From: Pseudomonadota bacterium
Lineage (GTDB): Bacteria > Babelota > Babeliae > Babelales > CAIQNR01
Reading direction: 5' to 3'
Assembly (NCBI GenBank): GCA_027487215.1
Contig: JAIYDZ010000007.1
Location: 66,961 to 130,960, forward strand
DNA length: 64,000 bases
Below the pieces are notes generated by a model. It did not search any database. It worked only from the letters and a program-made list of their open reading frames with translations, and was not told the DNA's origin. The position numbers and the translations under genes were made by a program. Shown here piece after piece: positions 20,087 to 29,841 of the stretch. Within the stretch, counting starts at the first letter, position 1. Every line of letters begins with the position of its first letter.

Positions 20087-20765
20087 GAGGCGCTGGAAAT
20101 TGCTGGCACCTTTTATAGGTATTGTGTCTTTATCTGCATACGACGTTGAAGTGAGAGTACCTGCATTGGATGCGCATTACCTTCCCATTATTCAATCACT
20201 CTGGGAAAAATGTCCTTCTAGTATGAAAATTGAAGTAATTAAAAATACCACTTTTTGGGAAAAAATAACTGGTTCAGGCGGACCAAAAATACAATCATAT
20301 TCTTCATTATTACAAAAAATTCCTTGGCAATTAGGAAGCTTTGTATTTAATGGTAGCATGTGTTCTTATTTAGCTATTGCTTACTTTTTTTATCGGGTGT
20401 ATCGAGTTGTTACAAAAATAAATAGCTTTTTATCTTGGTGGAATGGAACTTCACAAGAAACAACACTCATTGAAGATGTAGAGAGAATGTTTGTACGAAC
20501 CGTCAAAAAAGATTCTTTTTACGATGCAAAAGCGGAACTCTTTTATGAAGAATGTGTCCTTTTAGAAGCATATCTTTATATTGAAGAAACACTTTCCTCA
20601 CTCCATATTAAATGGATGTTTCCGTATAGTAATGTTTTAGAAAAACAGAAAATTAAAAATATTCTTGCTTCCCTGAAAATGATTTCATCCCGTTCAAAAA
20701 ATCACTCTTATAATCCTACGAGAATCATTTTGCCAAACGAGAGAGAGTGCGCTACACTTATTTAA
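20070..20765 (+). CDS. hypothetical membrane protein
   Basis: ATG 20070 lies 9 nt after GAGG. N-terminal hydrophobic segment plus an internal TM helix (SMCSYLAIAYFFYRVY). No recognisable motif. Confidence 0.5.
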   Translation: MFHSVKRRWKLLAPFIGIVSLSAYDVEVRVPALDAHYLPIIQSLWEKCPSSMKIEVIKNTTFWEKITGSGGPKIQSYSSLLQKIPWQLGSFVFNGSMCSYLAIAYFFYRVYRVVTKINSFLSWWNGTSQETTLIEDVERMFVRTVKKDSFYDAKAELFYEECVLLEAYLYIEETLSSLHIKWMFPYSNVLEKQKIKNILASLKMISSRSKNHSYNPTRIILPNERECATLI

Positions 20766-20814
20766 TAAAGATATACATTTAAATTATAAAGAATCACTAC
20801 ACAAAAGGTTTACC

Positions 20815-21945
20815 ATGGCGGAAACGTTTGTTGTCGAACAGAAGCCTCTTCTTGCTATCTTAGCTTCTATGCAGCCTATCTGCTCTAAGCGCACAACACT
20901 TGATGCAACAGCTTCAATTTTATTTAATGCTGGACCACGTGAATTGATTCTCAAGAGCACTGACCTTGAAATCAGTTTACAATCTAGTTATCCAACAAAA
21001 GGTTCTTCTTTAAACGACACTCAATCGTTTCTTGTTAATGGAAAAAGACTTTTTGATATTGTTAAAGAACTTGATGGTGAAATTACCTGTACATTAAGTA
21101 AATCACAACTTTCACTTACTTCTGGCTCAATACGCCTTGCGTTAAATGTTAAAGATTCTCAAGAATTTCCGCCATTCCCAGAGCGTATTGAAAACTTGAT
21201 GCAGCTTGAATCACGTTTTTTACTTGATTTGCTTGATAAAGTTGCGTTTTTAATTCCTCAAAACAATGCAAATCCTGCGCTTAATGGTCTTTATCTTGAA
21301 ATTAATGATAAACATCTGGTTATGACCACCACAGACGGACATTGTTTAGCGCAACTGGAAACCGATCGTTATAAACTTGATACTCCACACAACTGGCTTC
21401 TTCCTCGTCGTGCGGTGCTTGAACTTAAAAAAATTCTTGAATCTGCATCGGATGAAAATGTCTTTTTAGGAACTTGTGGAAATCAATTAGTATTTTCAGG
21501 AGAAACATTTAATTTCTTCACTAAGTTGTTAGTAAATCCTTTCCCTGAATACAAGGCTATTTTAGATAAAAAAGGATTTATGCCTGCAACTATAGATCGT
21601 AGTGGATTAGTAAAAACATTACGTCGTTCTTCATGCTTACTTTCTGGACAGTTTATTGCAACCACCTTTGGTTTTAAGGACAATAACGTTGATGTAACTA
21701 TGCACAACAAAGAGGTAGGAAAACTTGAAGAGCGCTTAACAGTAGGCGAATTACAAAGCGAAGGTCTTGATATCCGCTTTTATGCGCCTTATCTTTTGAG
21801 TGGACTTAATGTGTTTTCAGAAGACACTGTACGTTTTTATCTTCAAAGTCCTGCAAAACCTATTATTTTCGAGACCACAGAGCACAGTAAATTTAATCTC
21901 ATTTACTTAGTAATGCCAGTATCTCCAACCGCAATGCAATCGTGA
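20815..21945 (+). CDS. dnaN: DNA polymerase III beta sliding clamp
   Basis: 376 aa. LNGLYLEINDKHLVMTTTDGHCLA and the three-domain length match. Followed by recF with overlapping stop and start. Confidence 0.9.
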   Translation: MAETFVVEQKPLLAILASMQPICSKRTTLDATASILFNAGPRELILKSTDLEISLQSSYPTKGSSLNDTQSFLVNGKRLFDIVKELDGEITCTLSKSQLSLTSGSIRLALNVKDSQEFPPFPERIENLMQLESRFLLDLLDKVAFLIPQNNANPALNGLYLEINDKHLVMTTTDGHCLAQLETDRYKLDTPHNWLLPRRAVLELKKILESASDENVFLGTCGNQLVFSGETFNFFTKLLVNPFPEYKAILDKKGFMPATIDRSGLVKTLRRSSCLLSGQFIATTFGFKDNNVDVTMHNKEVGKLEERLTVGELQSEGLDIRFYAPYLLSGLNVFSEDTVRFYLQSPAKPIIFETTEHSKFNLIYLVMPVSPTAMQS

Positions 21946-23015
21946 ATGAAAAGTTTTTAGAGTCGCTTCAACTTAAAAATTTTCGTTGCTTTGAATCAAA
22001 GGAGTTTTACTTTGAAAAACCTACTATCCTGATTGAAGGGAAAAATGGTTCGGGTAAAACTTCCTTGCTTGAAGCACTTCATTATTTATGTTATTTGCGC
22101 TCATTTAGAACACATATTCCCCGTGATATGGCACGATTTGGGACAGAAGGGTTTTTTATAAAAGCACTTTTTAATGGGCAAGAAATTAAAGTAGGCTGCG
22201 CAGGAAATAAACGACACGTTAAAATAGATCAGAAAGCAGTTTCCTCTTATCAGGAACTACGACAAGCATACAGAATGGTTACTATCACTGATGATGACCT
22301 TGCGCTTGTCAAAGAAGGACCTGATCAAAGACGTTCATTTATTGATCACGCATTAATTCTTTACAATCCTTTCCTTATTGCAACATTTCAACAGTATAAA
22401 CAAGTTCTTGATAATCGAAACTCACTTTTATATCGAGGTTCTTCAAATACAGAGGAACTTGAGGTATGGACACATAAACTATGGACTCTCTCACAAATTA
22501 TTCAGCATGAACGCATACAGTTTTTGAATTTATTAAAAAATAATCTTGAAAATCCTTTATCAGAACACTGGAGTGATCGCTCACTCATTCTTGATTATGC
22601 ACCTAAAAAAACAAATACTTACGGCATCTGGGAAGAATTTTATAAAACGTGGTCCCACTCAATAGTCAAAGAAGAATACCACACAAAACGATCAATATTT
22701 GGCACACACCTTGATGATATAACAATTCTCTTTGATGCAAAACCTGCACGTCTTTTTTCATCTCGCGGTCAGCAAAAACTTATCGTATTACTTATCAAAA
22801 TAGCTCAAATTAGACTCTTAATAGAAAAGCAGGGTGGTACTACTTTTTTGATAGATGATTTTTTTTCAGATTTTGACAAACAGACAATCAATAAACTTAT
22901 GCAGACTTGTCATGAGCTTAAAACACAACTTATCTTTACGAGCCCTAGCCAAGAGGGATTAGAAACTTCAACTATTCTAAGCTATGATTCACAGAGAATT
23001 ACGCTTGATATTTAG
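21942..23015 (+). CDS. recF: DNA replication/repair protein RecF
   Basis: LQLKNFRCF...IEGKNGSGKTSLLEAL (Walker A), SRGQQKL signature and FLIDDFFSDFD (Walker B). GTG start overlaps the dnaN stop. Confidence 0.9.
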   Translation: MNEKFLESLQLKNFRCFESKEFYFEKPTILIEGKNGSGKTSLLEALHYLCYLRSFRTHIPRDMARFGTEGFFIKALFNGQEIKVGCAGNKRHVKIDQKAVSSYQELRQAYRMVTITDDDLALVKEGPDQRRSFIDHALILYNPFLIATFQQYKQVLDNRNSLLYRGSSNTEELEVWTHKLWTLSQIIQHERIQFLNLLKNNLENPLSEHWSDRSLILDYAPKKTNTYGIWEEFYKTWSHSIVKEEYHTKRSIFGTHLDDITILFDAKPARLFSSRGQQKLIVLLIKIAQIRLLIEKQGGTTFLIDDFFSDFDKQTINKLMQTCHELKTQLIFTSPSQEGLETSTILSYDSQRITLDI

Positions 23016-23057
23016 CAAATAAGCTCGATCTAATCGATATTTTAAAGCTTTTACCAA

Positions 23058-23086
23058 TTGACAACTTGATTCAATTAAACTATCAT
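23058..23086 (+). promoter_or_regulatory. candidate sigma70-type promoter with no ORF behind it
   Basis: TTGACA (23058-23063), a 17-nt spacer, then TATCAT (23081-23086). Followed by ~190 nt of non-coding sequence ending at the 23249..23287 terminator. Confidence 0.35.
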
Positions 23087-23248
23087 TATAGTAAATTAAT
23101 GGGTAAAAAAGCCCTATTAATTAACCTTTTTAGAAAACTAAAAATTTGACATTCCTGCAATTTACGGCATCCTTTGATGTTACCTCGCTACTTTGATAAT
23201 TTAATCAAAGTGGCATTTAATTAGGCTTCATTACTACTCTCCTTTTTT

Positions 23249-23287
23249 CCATCGCATTGATTTCGGTCAGTGCGGTGGATTTTTTTT
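23249..23287 (+). terminator. rho-independent terminator inside the recF-S8 spacer
   Basis: CCATCGCA (23249-56) pairs with TGCGGTGG (23271-78), including one G-U pair, followed by ATTTTTTTT. T-run on the plus strand only. Confidence 0.7.
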
Positions 23288-23355
23288 GGACTATTTGAAT
23301 TTTTAAGGCATTAATCATATCTTAAAAAAAAGGTATTCTTATAAAAAAGGTCTTC

Positions 23356-24873
23356 ATGAAGCTTATTTGTTTTTTATGCATATTTTTTTTAAATGCTATA
23401 CAAACCTTAAACTCATCACATCGCTTACTGCCCAACCAATCTGAAGCAATCAATACCAATGACTGTTTCTGGCATAAAAGCTTTCCTACGGTGGGGCTTA
23501 CTTTAAATAAAGCTGTTTTTAATAATGATTATCAATTCTTGCCGCACAGGTTTTTATTAGGCGAGCTTGCGCCTTCGCAAGGAAAATCGATAACGATCGG
23601 CATTATTGATACACCTTTTAATAACAGCTCAATAATTACTCATAGCACTCTTATTACCCATTTAATAAAAGAAATTGCACCCCAAGCACAAATACAAATA
23701 TTTTCTGCCTTTAACCAACAAGGCCAAGGAAGTATTGAGTCACAAATTAAAGCTTTGTTTTCTGTATTACAAAGTAATATTCATCTTATTAATATGAGCT
23801 TTAAGATTGCTGATTTTGTAGACACAAAATCAGGCGCATTTGAACTGTTTGAATATATGATACAACTTATTCCTTATTCTATTGCTGCTTCTGGTAACGA
23901 TGGTGATCCGCATTCATTGCACTATCCTGGTGAAGGTATTGAAGCATATCCTGCGCGCATTGAAACAGTTACTTTTGATGTAGGAGCATTTGAGTGGAAC
24001 GTAGATTACAAGTGCCCAATTGCGCGTTTTTCACAATACAGTCTCAAAAAACAACTTTGTGTTGGCCCCAAGTCTGTTGCTCCTGGTGTATATAGTATAA
24101 TGTACAATCCCAACAAAAAACCGATAGATGCTCAGGGGACCTCTTTTGCATCAGCGTTTATAAGTGGATGTATAGCATTAGTGCTTTCTGAATTTAATGA
24201 TGCACAAAATTTTAGTCGTGAACAGATTCTGCACGTCTGTTATGCATCTCACATAAAGCTTCACAATACTCCTGAATGGACAACTAAAACTGTTTTAGGC
24301 ACCCTTGATGTACGTACTGCACTTTTTACACTTCATGTATTACAAGAACTTAAAAAAAATAATAATCTCTGGTCGTTGTATACTTTTGAAACTTGGTGTA
24401 CCGCACTTCAAACACTTCTTTTTGATATGGCTAGCCCTACCACATCATCCTCAAAAAAAGATCTTTCACTTAAAAATAATTTTATGGAATTTTATATAAA
24501 CAACCGTGAGATTTCTAAAAAAGAAAAACTCCTCAATGATGCTCATTATAATGACTTAAAGACAGCAATACTTTGGTGTACGCATATACTTATGTATGCA
24601 GCCGACTATACTTCTATAAAGCCGACAAAAATAAGTGTCAACCTTATTAAAAAGTTACAAAAAATATTTAAAGAACCGGCCTGCACACATAAAAGCTTTG
24701 GTATTAAAACTTTAAACTCTCATGCAATAAAAAACACCTCTCGTCCTGTGCAACCTCTGAGCAAACGGGCTATACGGTATTTGGGAAAGACAGATAGTGA
24801 AAGATTACAAAATTTAGAAATACCCTATAAGGTATATTGGAGAAATCAATCTCAGATGTTAAAATCAAGGTAG
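23356..24873 (+). CDS. secreted subtilisin-like serine peptidase (S8) with unknown C-terminal half
   Basis: Signal peptide. Asp ITIGIIDT, His THSTLITH (in place of HGTHVAG), oxyanion AASGNDG and Ser GTSFASAFISG occur in S8 order. The last ~180 aa has no motif. Confidence 0.65.
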   Translation: MKLICFLCIFFLNAIQTLNSSHRLLPNQSEAINTNDCFWHKSFPTVGLTLNKAVFNNDYQFLPHRFLLGELAPSQGKSITIGIIDTPFNNSSIITHSTLITHLIKEIAPQAQIQIFSAFNQQGQGSIESQIKALFSVLQSNIHLINMSFKIADFVDTKSGAFELFEYMIQLIPYSIAASGNDGDPHSLHYPGEGIEAYPARIETVTFDVGAFEWNVDYKCPIARFSQYSLKKQLCVGPKSVAPGVYSIMYNPNKKPIDAQGTSFASAFISGCIALVLSEFNDAQNFSREQILHVCYASHIKLHNTPEWTTKTVLGTLDVRTALFTLHVLQELKKNNNLWSLYTFETWCTALQTLLFDMASPTTSSSKKDLSLKNNFMEFYINNREISKKEKLLNDAHYNDLKTAILWCTHILMYAADYTSIKPTKISVNLIKKLQKIFKEPACTHKSFGIKTLNSHAIKNTSRPVQPLSKRAIRYLGKTDSERLQNLEIPYKVYWRNQSQMLKSR

Positions 24874-24876
24874 AGT

Positions 24877-26079
24877 ATGAAACAGATCAAAATAAGTTTT
24901 CTTCTTTTTTTTATGGTAAATACTGTATCTGCTCAAAATGAATTTCTCTACCCCCTTGAAAGCATTATTGAAGAGGGTATTGAAAAAATGTGTGTTATTC
25001 ATCAAAAAGGTTCTTCGCTTGAACTTTCAATTTGGAACCCTGAAAATAATCATTCACACAAAGCACTTCTTTCATCTTTTACTCCAGCTGGAGTAAAAGT
25101 GCTTCCTAATAAAAAAAGTTTCAGCTTTATCTTTAATGACAAAATTAGAATAAAAAGCTTAGAGAAGCGTTCTCCTAGAACTCTTGATTTTTACGGTCCC
25201 TACGACATTACCACAATAGAATGGATTGATGATCAATCATGCTATTTTAGCGCACATGAACGTGATCATGTAAACCTCTTTCATGCAACCTTAGAGGGGG
25301 ATCTATATCGCCTTACAAATAGCACCAGTTTGCATTATCTTTATCCTCAAAAGGTTGATAACTCTCTCTTTCTAATTGCACGCAATGCTGACAGTTATTC
25401 TCTCATGCGTACTGAATATCCAACTGCAAAAATTTATAACCAATGCACGCTTGATAAATACAAAGATACAAATGTTGTTGAGCACATGTTAAAAAATGAA
25501 ACTACAGAACCAATTACTTTCTCAACAGAACAAATTACTTTCTTAAATGAAAATACTCTTGAATCATTACTGGTAAAAAAAGATCAAGCACTTGCATTCC
25601 TTACTATGACTTCATGTACAAGTGGATTTTGTATTGGATATTCAGATTCAATAGAACGGGCCCAAGATACTATGACATTTTCATATTACAGAATAACGTG
25701 TCAACCAGAATGGGCTTTAGAAGAACTTTTTACCTTCAACCTACCTTTACATCTCATTCTTCACAAAAAGGGGCATACTCGCCTTTATGAATCGATTATT
25801 CCACTTTTACCTTATTATGATGTTCAAACTTCAAGTGTATATTTTGTATCCCTTGAAAATGAGGCATTAGGGTTGGATGTTTATCAGTACAGTCTTGAGA
25901 CTCATCAAAAAAATCTTTGTCTACGTTCAGAAACCCCTCATAAACATTATTTTACCCCGCGACGATTTGGTAATCGATTATTCTGCGGCGGCTCAATTAC
26001 AACCGACACAAACACTTTGCCAACAATAACATTAAGCTCACAGGGACAAGAGTTTCACCTTTGCGAGCTTAAAACTTAA
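24877..26079 (+). CDS. secreted hypothetical protein, possibly TolB/PD40-like beta-propeller
   Basis: Signal peptide ending in SAQ. Segments such as YFSAHERDHVNLFHATLEGDLYRLTN resemble PD40 blades. Weak evidence. Confidence 0.45.
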   Translation: MKQIKISFLLFFMVNTVSAQNEFLYPLESIIEEGIEKMCVIHQKGSSLELSIWNPENNHSHKALLSSFTPAGVKVLPNKKSFSFIFNDKIRIKSLEKRSPRTLDFYGPYDITTIEWIDDQSCYFSAHERDHVNLFHATLEGDLYRLTNSTSLHYLYPQKVDNSLFLIARNADSYSLMRTEYPTAKIYNQCTLDKYKDTNVVEHMLKNETTEPITFSTEQITFLNENTLESLLVKKDQALAFLTMTSCTSGFCIGYSDSIERAQDTMTFSYYRITCQPEWALEELFTFNLPLHLILHKKGHTRLYESIIPLLPYYDVQTSSVYFVSLENEALGLDVYQYSLETHQKNLCLRSETPHKHYFTPRRFGNRLFCGGSITTDTNTLPTITLSSQGQEFHLCELKT

Positions 26080-26131
26080 TACTTAACATAATATCCATTA
26101 TCACGGTTTAATGTTTCTGTTAAGTACGAGT

Positions 26132-26602
26132 CTATCGCTCATATGAAACAATAATTACTGGGATTATGTGATCTATGTGTAAATGCGCAATGCGTTGTTC
26201 AAAAAGTGGTAACCAGACTTGGTTTAAGAGTTCTTGGGTTGTTTCAATCCATAAAAAATCATAAAAAAAATCTTCGGTAAAAAAACGGGATAATTCGATT
26301 GAATTAATAGGATAAGAAAAATGATTCATAATATTAGTTGCATGTAAACAAGGAATAACATCATTAAGAGCAAGATAGCCCACATCATGATACCAACGTA
26401 AGGCATCTAAAAGTTGCTTAATAAGGATTCTTCCTGTCTGAATGTCTTTTACTCTAATTGCATGGACTCCAGGTGTAGTAAACGCATTTTGCAGAAATAT
26501 AAGATCGTTTTCTGAAAACGGAGTGTGAATACTTTTTGAACTTTCAGAAAAAGATACAATTTGTTGCAAAAAGTTAAGTTCATTAAATTCTAGTGTATTC
26601 AT
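26132..26602 (-). CDS. hypothetical cytoplasmic protein
   Basis: ATG 26602 lies 6 nt after GGGAGG. 156 aa with no signal peptide and no recognisable motif. Last gene of the minus-strand rplI-dnaB-ruvC run. Confidence 0.5.
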   Translation of the reverse strand: MNTLEFNELNFLQQIVSFSESSKSIHTPFSENDLIFLQNAFTTPGVHAIRVKDIQTGRILIKQLLDALRWYHDVGYLALNDVIPCLHATNIMNHFSYPINSIELSRFFTEDFFYDFLWIETTQELLNQVWLPLFEQRIAHLHIDHIIPVIIVSYER

Positions 26603-26718
26603 TTTGAGCCTCCCTTGCCCCAAAACAAGGCCTCACTAATCTACTAAGACTCCTGAACAATGATTCTATAATAATGAATGCTCAAAAAGCAAGATCTGAT
26701 GGGCTTAATTGCTATTTT

Positions 26719-27213
26719 TTATAAATGATTAAGAGGATTTTTTTGGTGCCATAATCCACAAAGAGTTACTGCCAAAGCGTCGGTAACATCGTCTCTTTGA
26801 GGAGTTTCAATCTTAGGGAAAAAGCGCATAATAACACGTGCCACTTGTTCTTTACTTGCTCCGCCAAATCCTGTCAAAGCTGATTTTACCTGCCGAGGAG
26901 CAAACTCATGCAATATGAGTTTGTGCTGTGAAGTTAGAAGATATAAAATTCCACGAAGATAACCCAACTTCATAAAATTCTGAGCATTCTTTCCCAAAAA
27001 CGGAGTTTCAATTGAAAGATGATCAACTTTATGGGTAATAATTTTCTCATTGAAAAATTCATAAAACATACCGGTACGCTCAATAAGAGTCTTTGTCTGT
27101 GGTAGCTTCAAAAAACCGTAGTCCAATAAAAATGCACGGTTGCCTTCCATTTTAATGATGGCATATCCGGCATAACGAAATCCCGGATCAATTCCTAAAA
27201 CAATCATTACCAC
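26719..27213 (-). CDS. ruvC: Holliday junction resolvase RuvC
   Basis: IVLGIDPGFRYAGYAII, ETPF and the DALAVTLC C-terminal acidic motif. About 160 aa. Confidence 0.9.
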   Translation of the reverse strand: MVMIVLGIDPGFRYAGYAIIKMEGNRAFLLDYGFLKLPQTKTLIERTGMFYEFFNEKIITHKVDHLSIETPFLGKNAQNFMKLGYLRGILYLLTSQHKLILHEFAPRQVKSALTGFGGASKEQVARVIMRFFPKIETPQRDDVTDALAVTLCGLWHQKNPLNHL

Positions 27214-27228
27214 CCTTTTTTGTAGTGA

Positions 27229-28563
27229 TCAGTATCCGTCAGTATACTCTTCGAACTTAGTCAATTCTTTTAAGAATGTCAGTTGTACGGTACCGGTCGG
27301 TCCATTACGTTGCTTACCAATAATAAGTTCCGCTGATGCAGGACGTTCAGTGTCAGGATTGTATACTGAATCCCGGTATAAAAACATAATTACGTCAGCA
27401 TCCTGTTCAATGGCTCCAGATTCACGAAGATCTGAAAGCATTGGTCGTTTATCCATACGGCTATCAACCGCACGAGAAAGCTGTGATAAAGCTATAATAG
27501 GAATAGCTAGCTCTTTGGCTAATGCTTTAAGAGCTCTTGAAATTTCAGAAACTTCCTGATGTCTGTTTTCGTGACGTTTACCGCTATGCAAAAGTTGTAA
27601 ATAATCAACAACAAGAAATCCAACATTTTCCTGCTTTTTAAGATGGCGCGCTTTTGCGCGCAATGCCATGATATCAAGACCAGCACTGTCATCAATAAAC
27701 AATTTTCGCTGCGCAAGACGTGCTGCCACATGGGTTAATTCAACCCATTCATCTGAAGTAATTGTCGCATTTCGAATATTGTGATGCGAAATATTTGATT
27801 CTGTTGCAAGTAAACGCAAAGTTAACTGTTCCGCTGACATTTCAAGAGAAAATACACCAACAGTTACGCCCTGCGCTGCGGCATGCGCCGCTATGTTAAG
27901 CGCAAGTGCGGTTTTACCCATCGAAGGACGCGCTGCAAGAATAATGAGATCTCCTGCCTGGAAACCTGAAGTCATCTTATCAAGCACACCGTATCCTGAT
28001 GACACACCGGTAAGACCACCACTATTACTTTTGATATCAGACAAATGCTGAAATGTTTTTTTGAGCCAGATATTAAGTTGCACAAAGTTTTGATTGGTTC
28101 GTTGATGTGAAATCTGAAAAATTGTTTTTTCAGCGGTATCTAAAACATCATTAATATCAGCATCATCTTGATTGTAACATCCTGAAATAATCTGTGTGGC
28201 TGAGTTAATAAGTTCACGTAATACAGCTTTTTCTTTTACAATTTTTGCATGTTGAGAAATTAATCCAGCATTAGGAATCTCTTCCTGCAAAGCAAAAAGA
28301 TATACTAAACCCCCAACGTCTTCAAAAATACCTTTTTTTTGTAGTTCATTTTGAAGCGTTACAATATCAATGCGTTCCATTCGCTGTGTAACTTCAAGCA
28401 TTGCAGTATAAATTGCACTATGCGCTGGAACATAAAAATCCTGTGGCTGTAGGATTTCACTCACTTTTGAAAAATGTTCATCATTCAAAAGCAATGCCCC
28501 CAGTACGGCCTTTTCAGCCTCTACCTGACTAGGCAACTGTTTACCTACAATTTGCTCGGACAT
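27229..28563 (-). CDS. dnaB: replicative DNA helicase DnaB
   Basis: PSQVEAEKAVLGALL N-terminus, Walker A AARPSMGKTALALN, LVVDYLQLL and SQLSRAVDSR. No intein-sized insertion. ATG 28563. Confidence 0.95.
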   Translation of the reverse strand: MSEQIVGKQLPSQVEAEKAVLGALLLNDEHFSKVSEILQPQDFYVPAHSAIYTAMLEVTQRMERIDIVTLQNELQKKGIFEDVGGLVYLFALQEEIPNAGLISQHAKIVKEKAVLRELINSATQIISGCYNQDDADINDVLDTAEKTIFQISHQRTNQNFVQLNIWLKKTFQHLSDIKSNSGGLTGVSSGYGVLDKMTSGFQAGDLIILAARPSMGKTALALNIAAHAAAQGVTVGVFSLEMSAEQLTLRLLATESNISHHNIRNATITSDEWVELTHVAARLAQRKLFIDDSAGLDIMALRAKARHLKKQENVGFLVVDYLQLLHSGKRHENRHQEVSEISRALKALAKELAIPIIALSQLSRAVDSRMDKRPMLSDLRESGAIEQDADVIMFLYRDSVYNPDTERPASAELIIGKQRNGPTGTVQLTFLKELTKFEEYTDGY

Positions 28564-28625
28564 ATTTTTATTGTTGTAATATCTACCTTTTTCCACGCGC
28601 ATAGCTGCCTATTTCTTTCTTGTAA

Positions 28626-29084
28626 TTATGCTGATTTTGAATGCTCAGAAACAATATTTAACTCAAGCGCAGGCTGCAATTTTGAAGTTAATTTTACAAC
28701 TACAAAAAAAAGACCTTTTTCCTTAATTGTTTTTTCCATTTTTACTTGGCTTTTTGCAATAGAAACGCCTTCTTTTGCAAGCAGCTCAGCAACTTCAGTA
28801 GCATTAACTGAAGCATACAATTTCCCATCATCATGCATTTTTCTTTTAAGAGTTAAACGCATGTTTTTAATTTTCTCAGCCAGCAACGAAGTTTTAGTAC
28901 ATACTTCTTCTTTGTTGTGTTCAACGCGTTTAACACGTGACTCAAAAAAAGATTCATTTTGCGGAGTTATTTTTTCAGCAAGTTTACGTGGTATGAGGAA
29001 GTTATCGGCATATCCTTCCTTCACTTTTACAATTTCACCCGCTTTGCCAGTTCCAGCAACAGTTTTGAGTAAATATACTTTCAT
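28626..29084 (-). CDS. rplI: 50S ribosomal protein L9
   Basis: MKVYLLKTVAGTGKAGEIVKVKEGYADNFLIPRKLA is the canonical L9 start. ATG 29084 after AAAGGA. The track's longer ORF is an unsupported extension. Confidence 0.92.
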   Translation of the reverse strand: MKVYLLKTVAGTGKAGEIVKVKEGYADNFLIPRKLAEKITPQNESFFESRVKRVEHNKEEVCTKTSLLAEKIKNMRLTLKRKMHDDGKLYASVNATEVAELLAKEGVSIAKSQVKMEKTIKEKGLFFVVVKLTSKLQPALELNIVSEHSKSA

Positions 29085-29184
29085 TGCGATATCCTTTATT
29101 GGAAACATAAGTCTTGATTTATGAGTAATACAAGTATACTCGAAAAACAACGTGTTGAAAATTAAAAAAGTAATGTTGAACACT

Positions 29185-29225
29185 AAAAAAATAACCCAAC
29201 CGAAACAATATGTTTCCGTTGGGTT
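29185..29225 (-). terminator. rho-independent terminator after the ankyrin gene
   Basis: AACCCAACCGAAAC (29193-206) pairs with GTTTCCGTTGGGTT (29212-225) with one mismatch. On the minus strand it is followed by a T-run (29185-29192). Confidence 0.7.
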
Positions 29226-29245
29226 AGGGTAATTTTTGTAAAAAT

Positions 29246-29818
29246 TTAATTAAGTTTGAGTAATTTTTGAATACCATACAGAGCAGTACGAGCAATAGAT
29301 CTGACTCTTTCAGGATTATTTGCATGGTCGTAAATTCCCTGATTTTTTCTATCCTTTAGAAGATAATCAACTCTTGAATCATCTTTAACCAATCTGACTG
29401 CTTCTACATTTCCATATTCAATAGCATACATTAAAGCAGTCCACCCAAGATTATCTTGCAGATTTACATCTAGCTTTGGAGATTGCAATAAGCGTTTCAC
29501 ACTTTCATTATTACCATATTGAATTGCATACATTAGTGCAGTTCTTTCATACTTATCCTGTTTATTTATTTCTAATTTTTCTTTTTGCATCAGTTTGTTT
29601 ACTACTTCAGGATTATTTTCAATAACTGCGTACATTAAGGGGGTCATTCCCACCATATTTTCAGCATTAATATCAGCGTTATTATTAAATAACTCTTGGA
29701 CTTTTTCAATGTCACCTGATTTTATAGCATCCATTAAATCAGTTCTTCCAAAATCATCAGAATAAGAATGGTGAACTATTATAAGTAAAAATAAAAAAAA
29801 TATATTTTTCATTTTCAT
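29246..29818 (-). CDS. secreted ankyrin-repeat protein (about 4 repeats)
   Basis: Signal peptide MKMKNIFFLFLLIIVHHSYS. Repeats GRTDLMDAIKSGDIEKVQELFNNNADINAEN, GMTPLMYAVIENNPEVVNKLM, RTALMYAIQYGNNESVKRLL and GWTALMYAIEYGNVEAVRLV. Confidence 0.85.
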   Translation of the reverse strand: MKMKNIFFLFLLIIVHHSYSDDFGRTDLMDAIKSGDIEKVQELFNNNADINAENMVGMTPLMYAVIENNPEVVNKLMQKEKLEINKQDKYERTALMYAIQYGNNESVKRLLQSPKLDVNLQDNLGWTALMYAIEYGNVEAVRLVKDDSRVDYLLKDRKNQGIYDHANNPERVRSIARTALYGIQKLLKLN

Positions 29819-29841
29819 AATTTTAGACTTTCACTTTTAAT

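Noticed and set aside
26080-26126. 9-bp inverted repeat TACTTAACA...TGTTAAGTA between convergent genes, considered as a terminator.
   Set aside because: The 29-nt loop and missing U-run make it a poor intrinsic terminator, so it is left unannotated.
28474-29124. 216-aa plus-strand ORF.
   Set aside because: It is antisense to dnaB and rplI, both of which have unmistakable homology. Its composition is junk-like.
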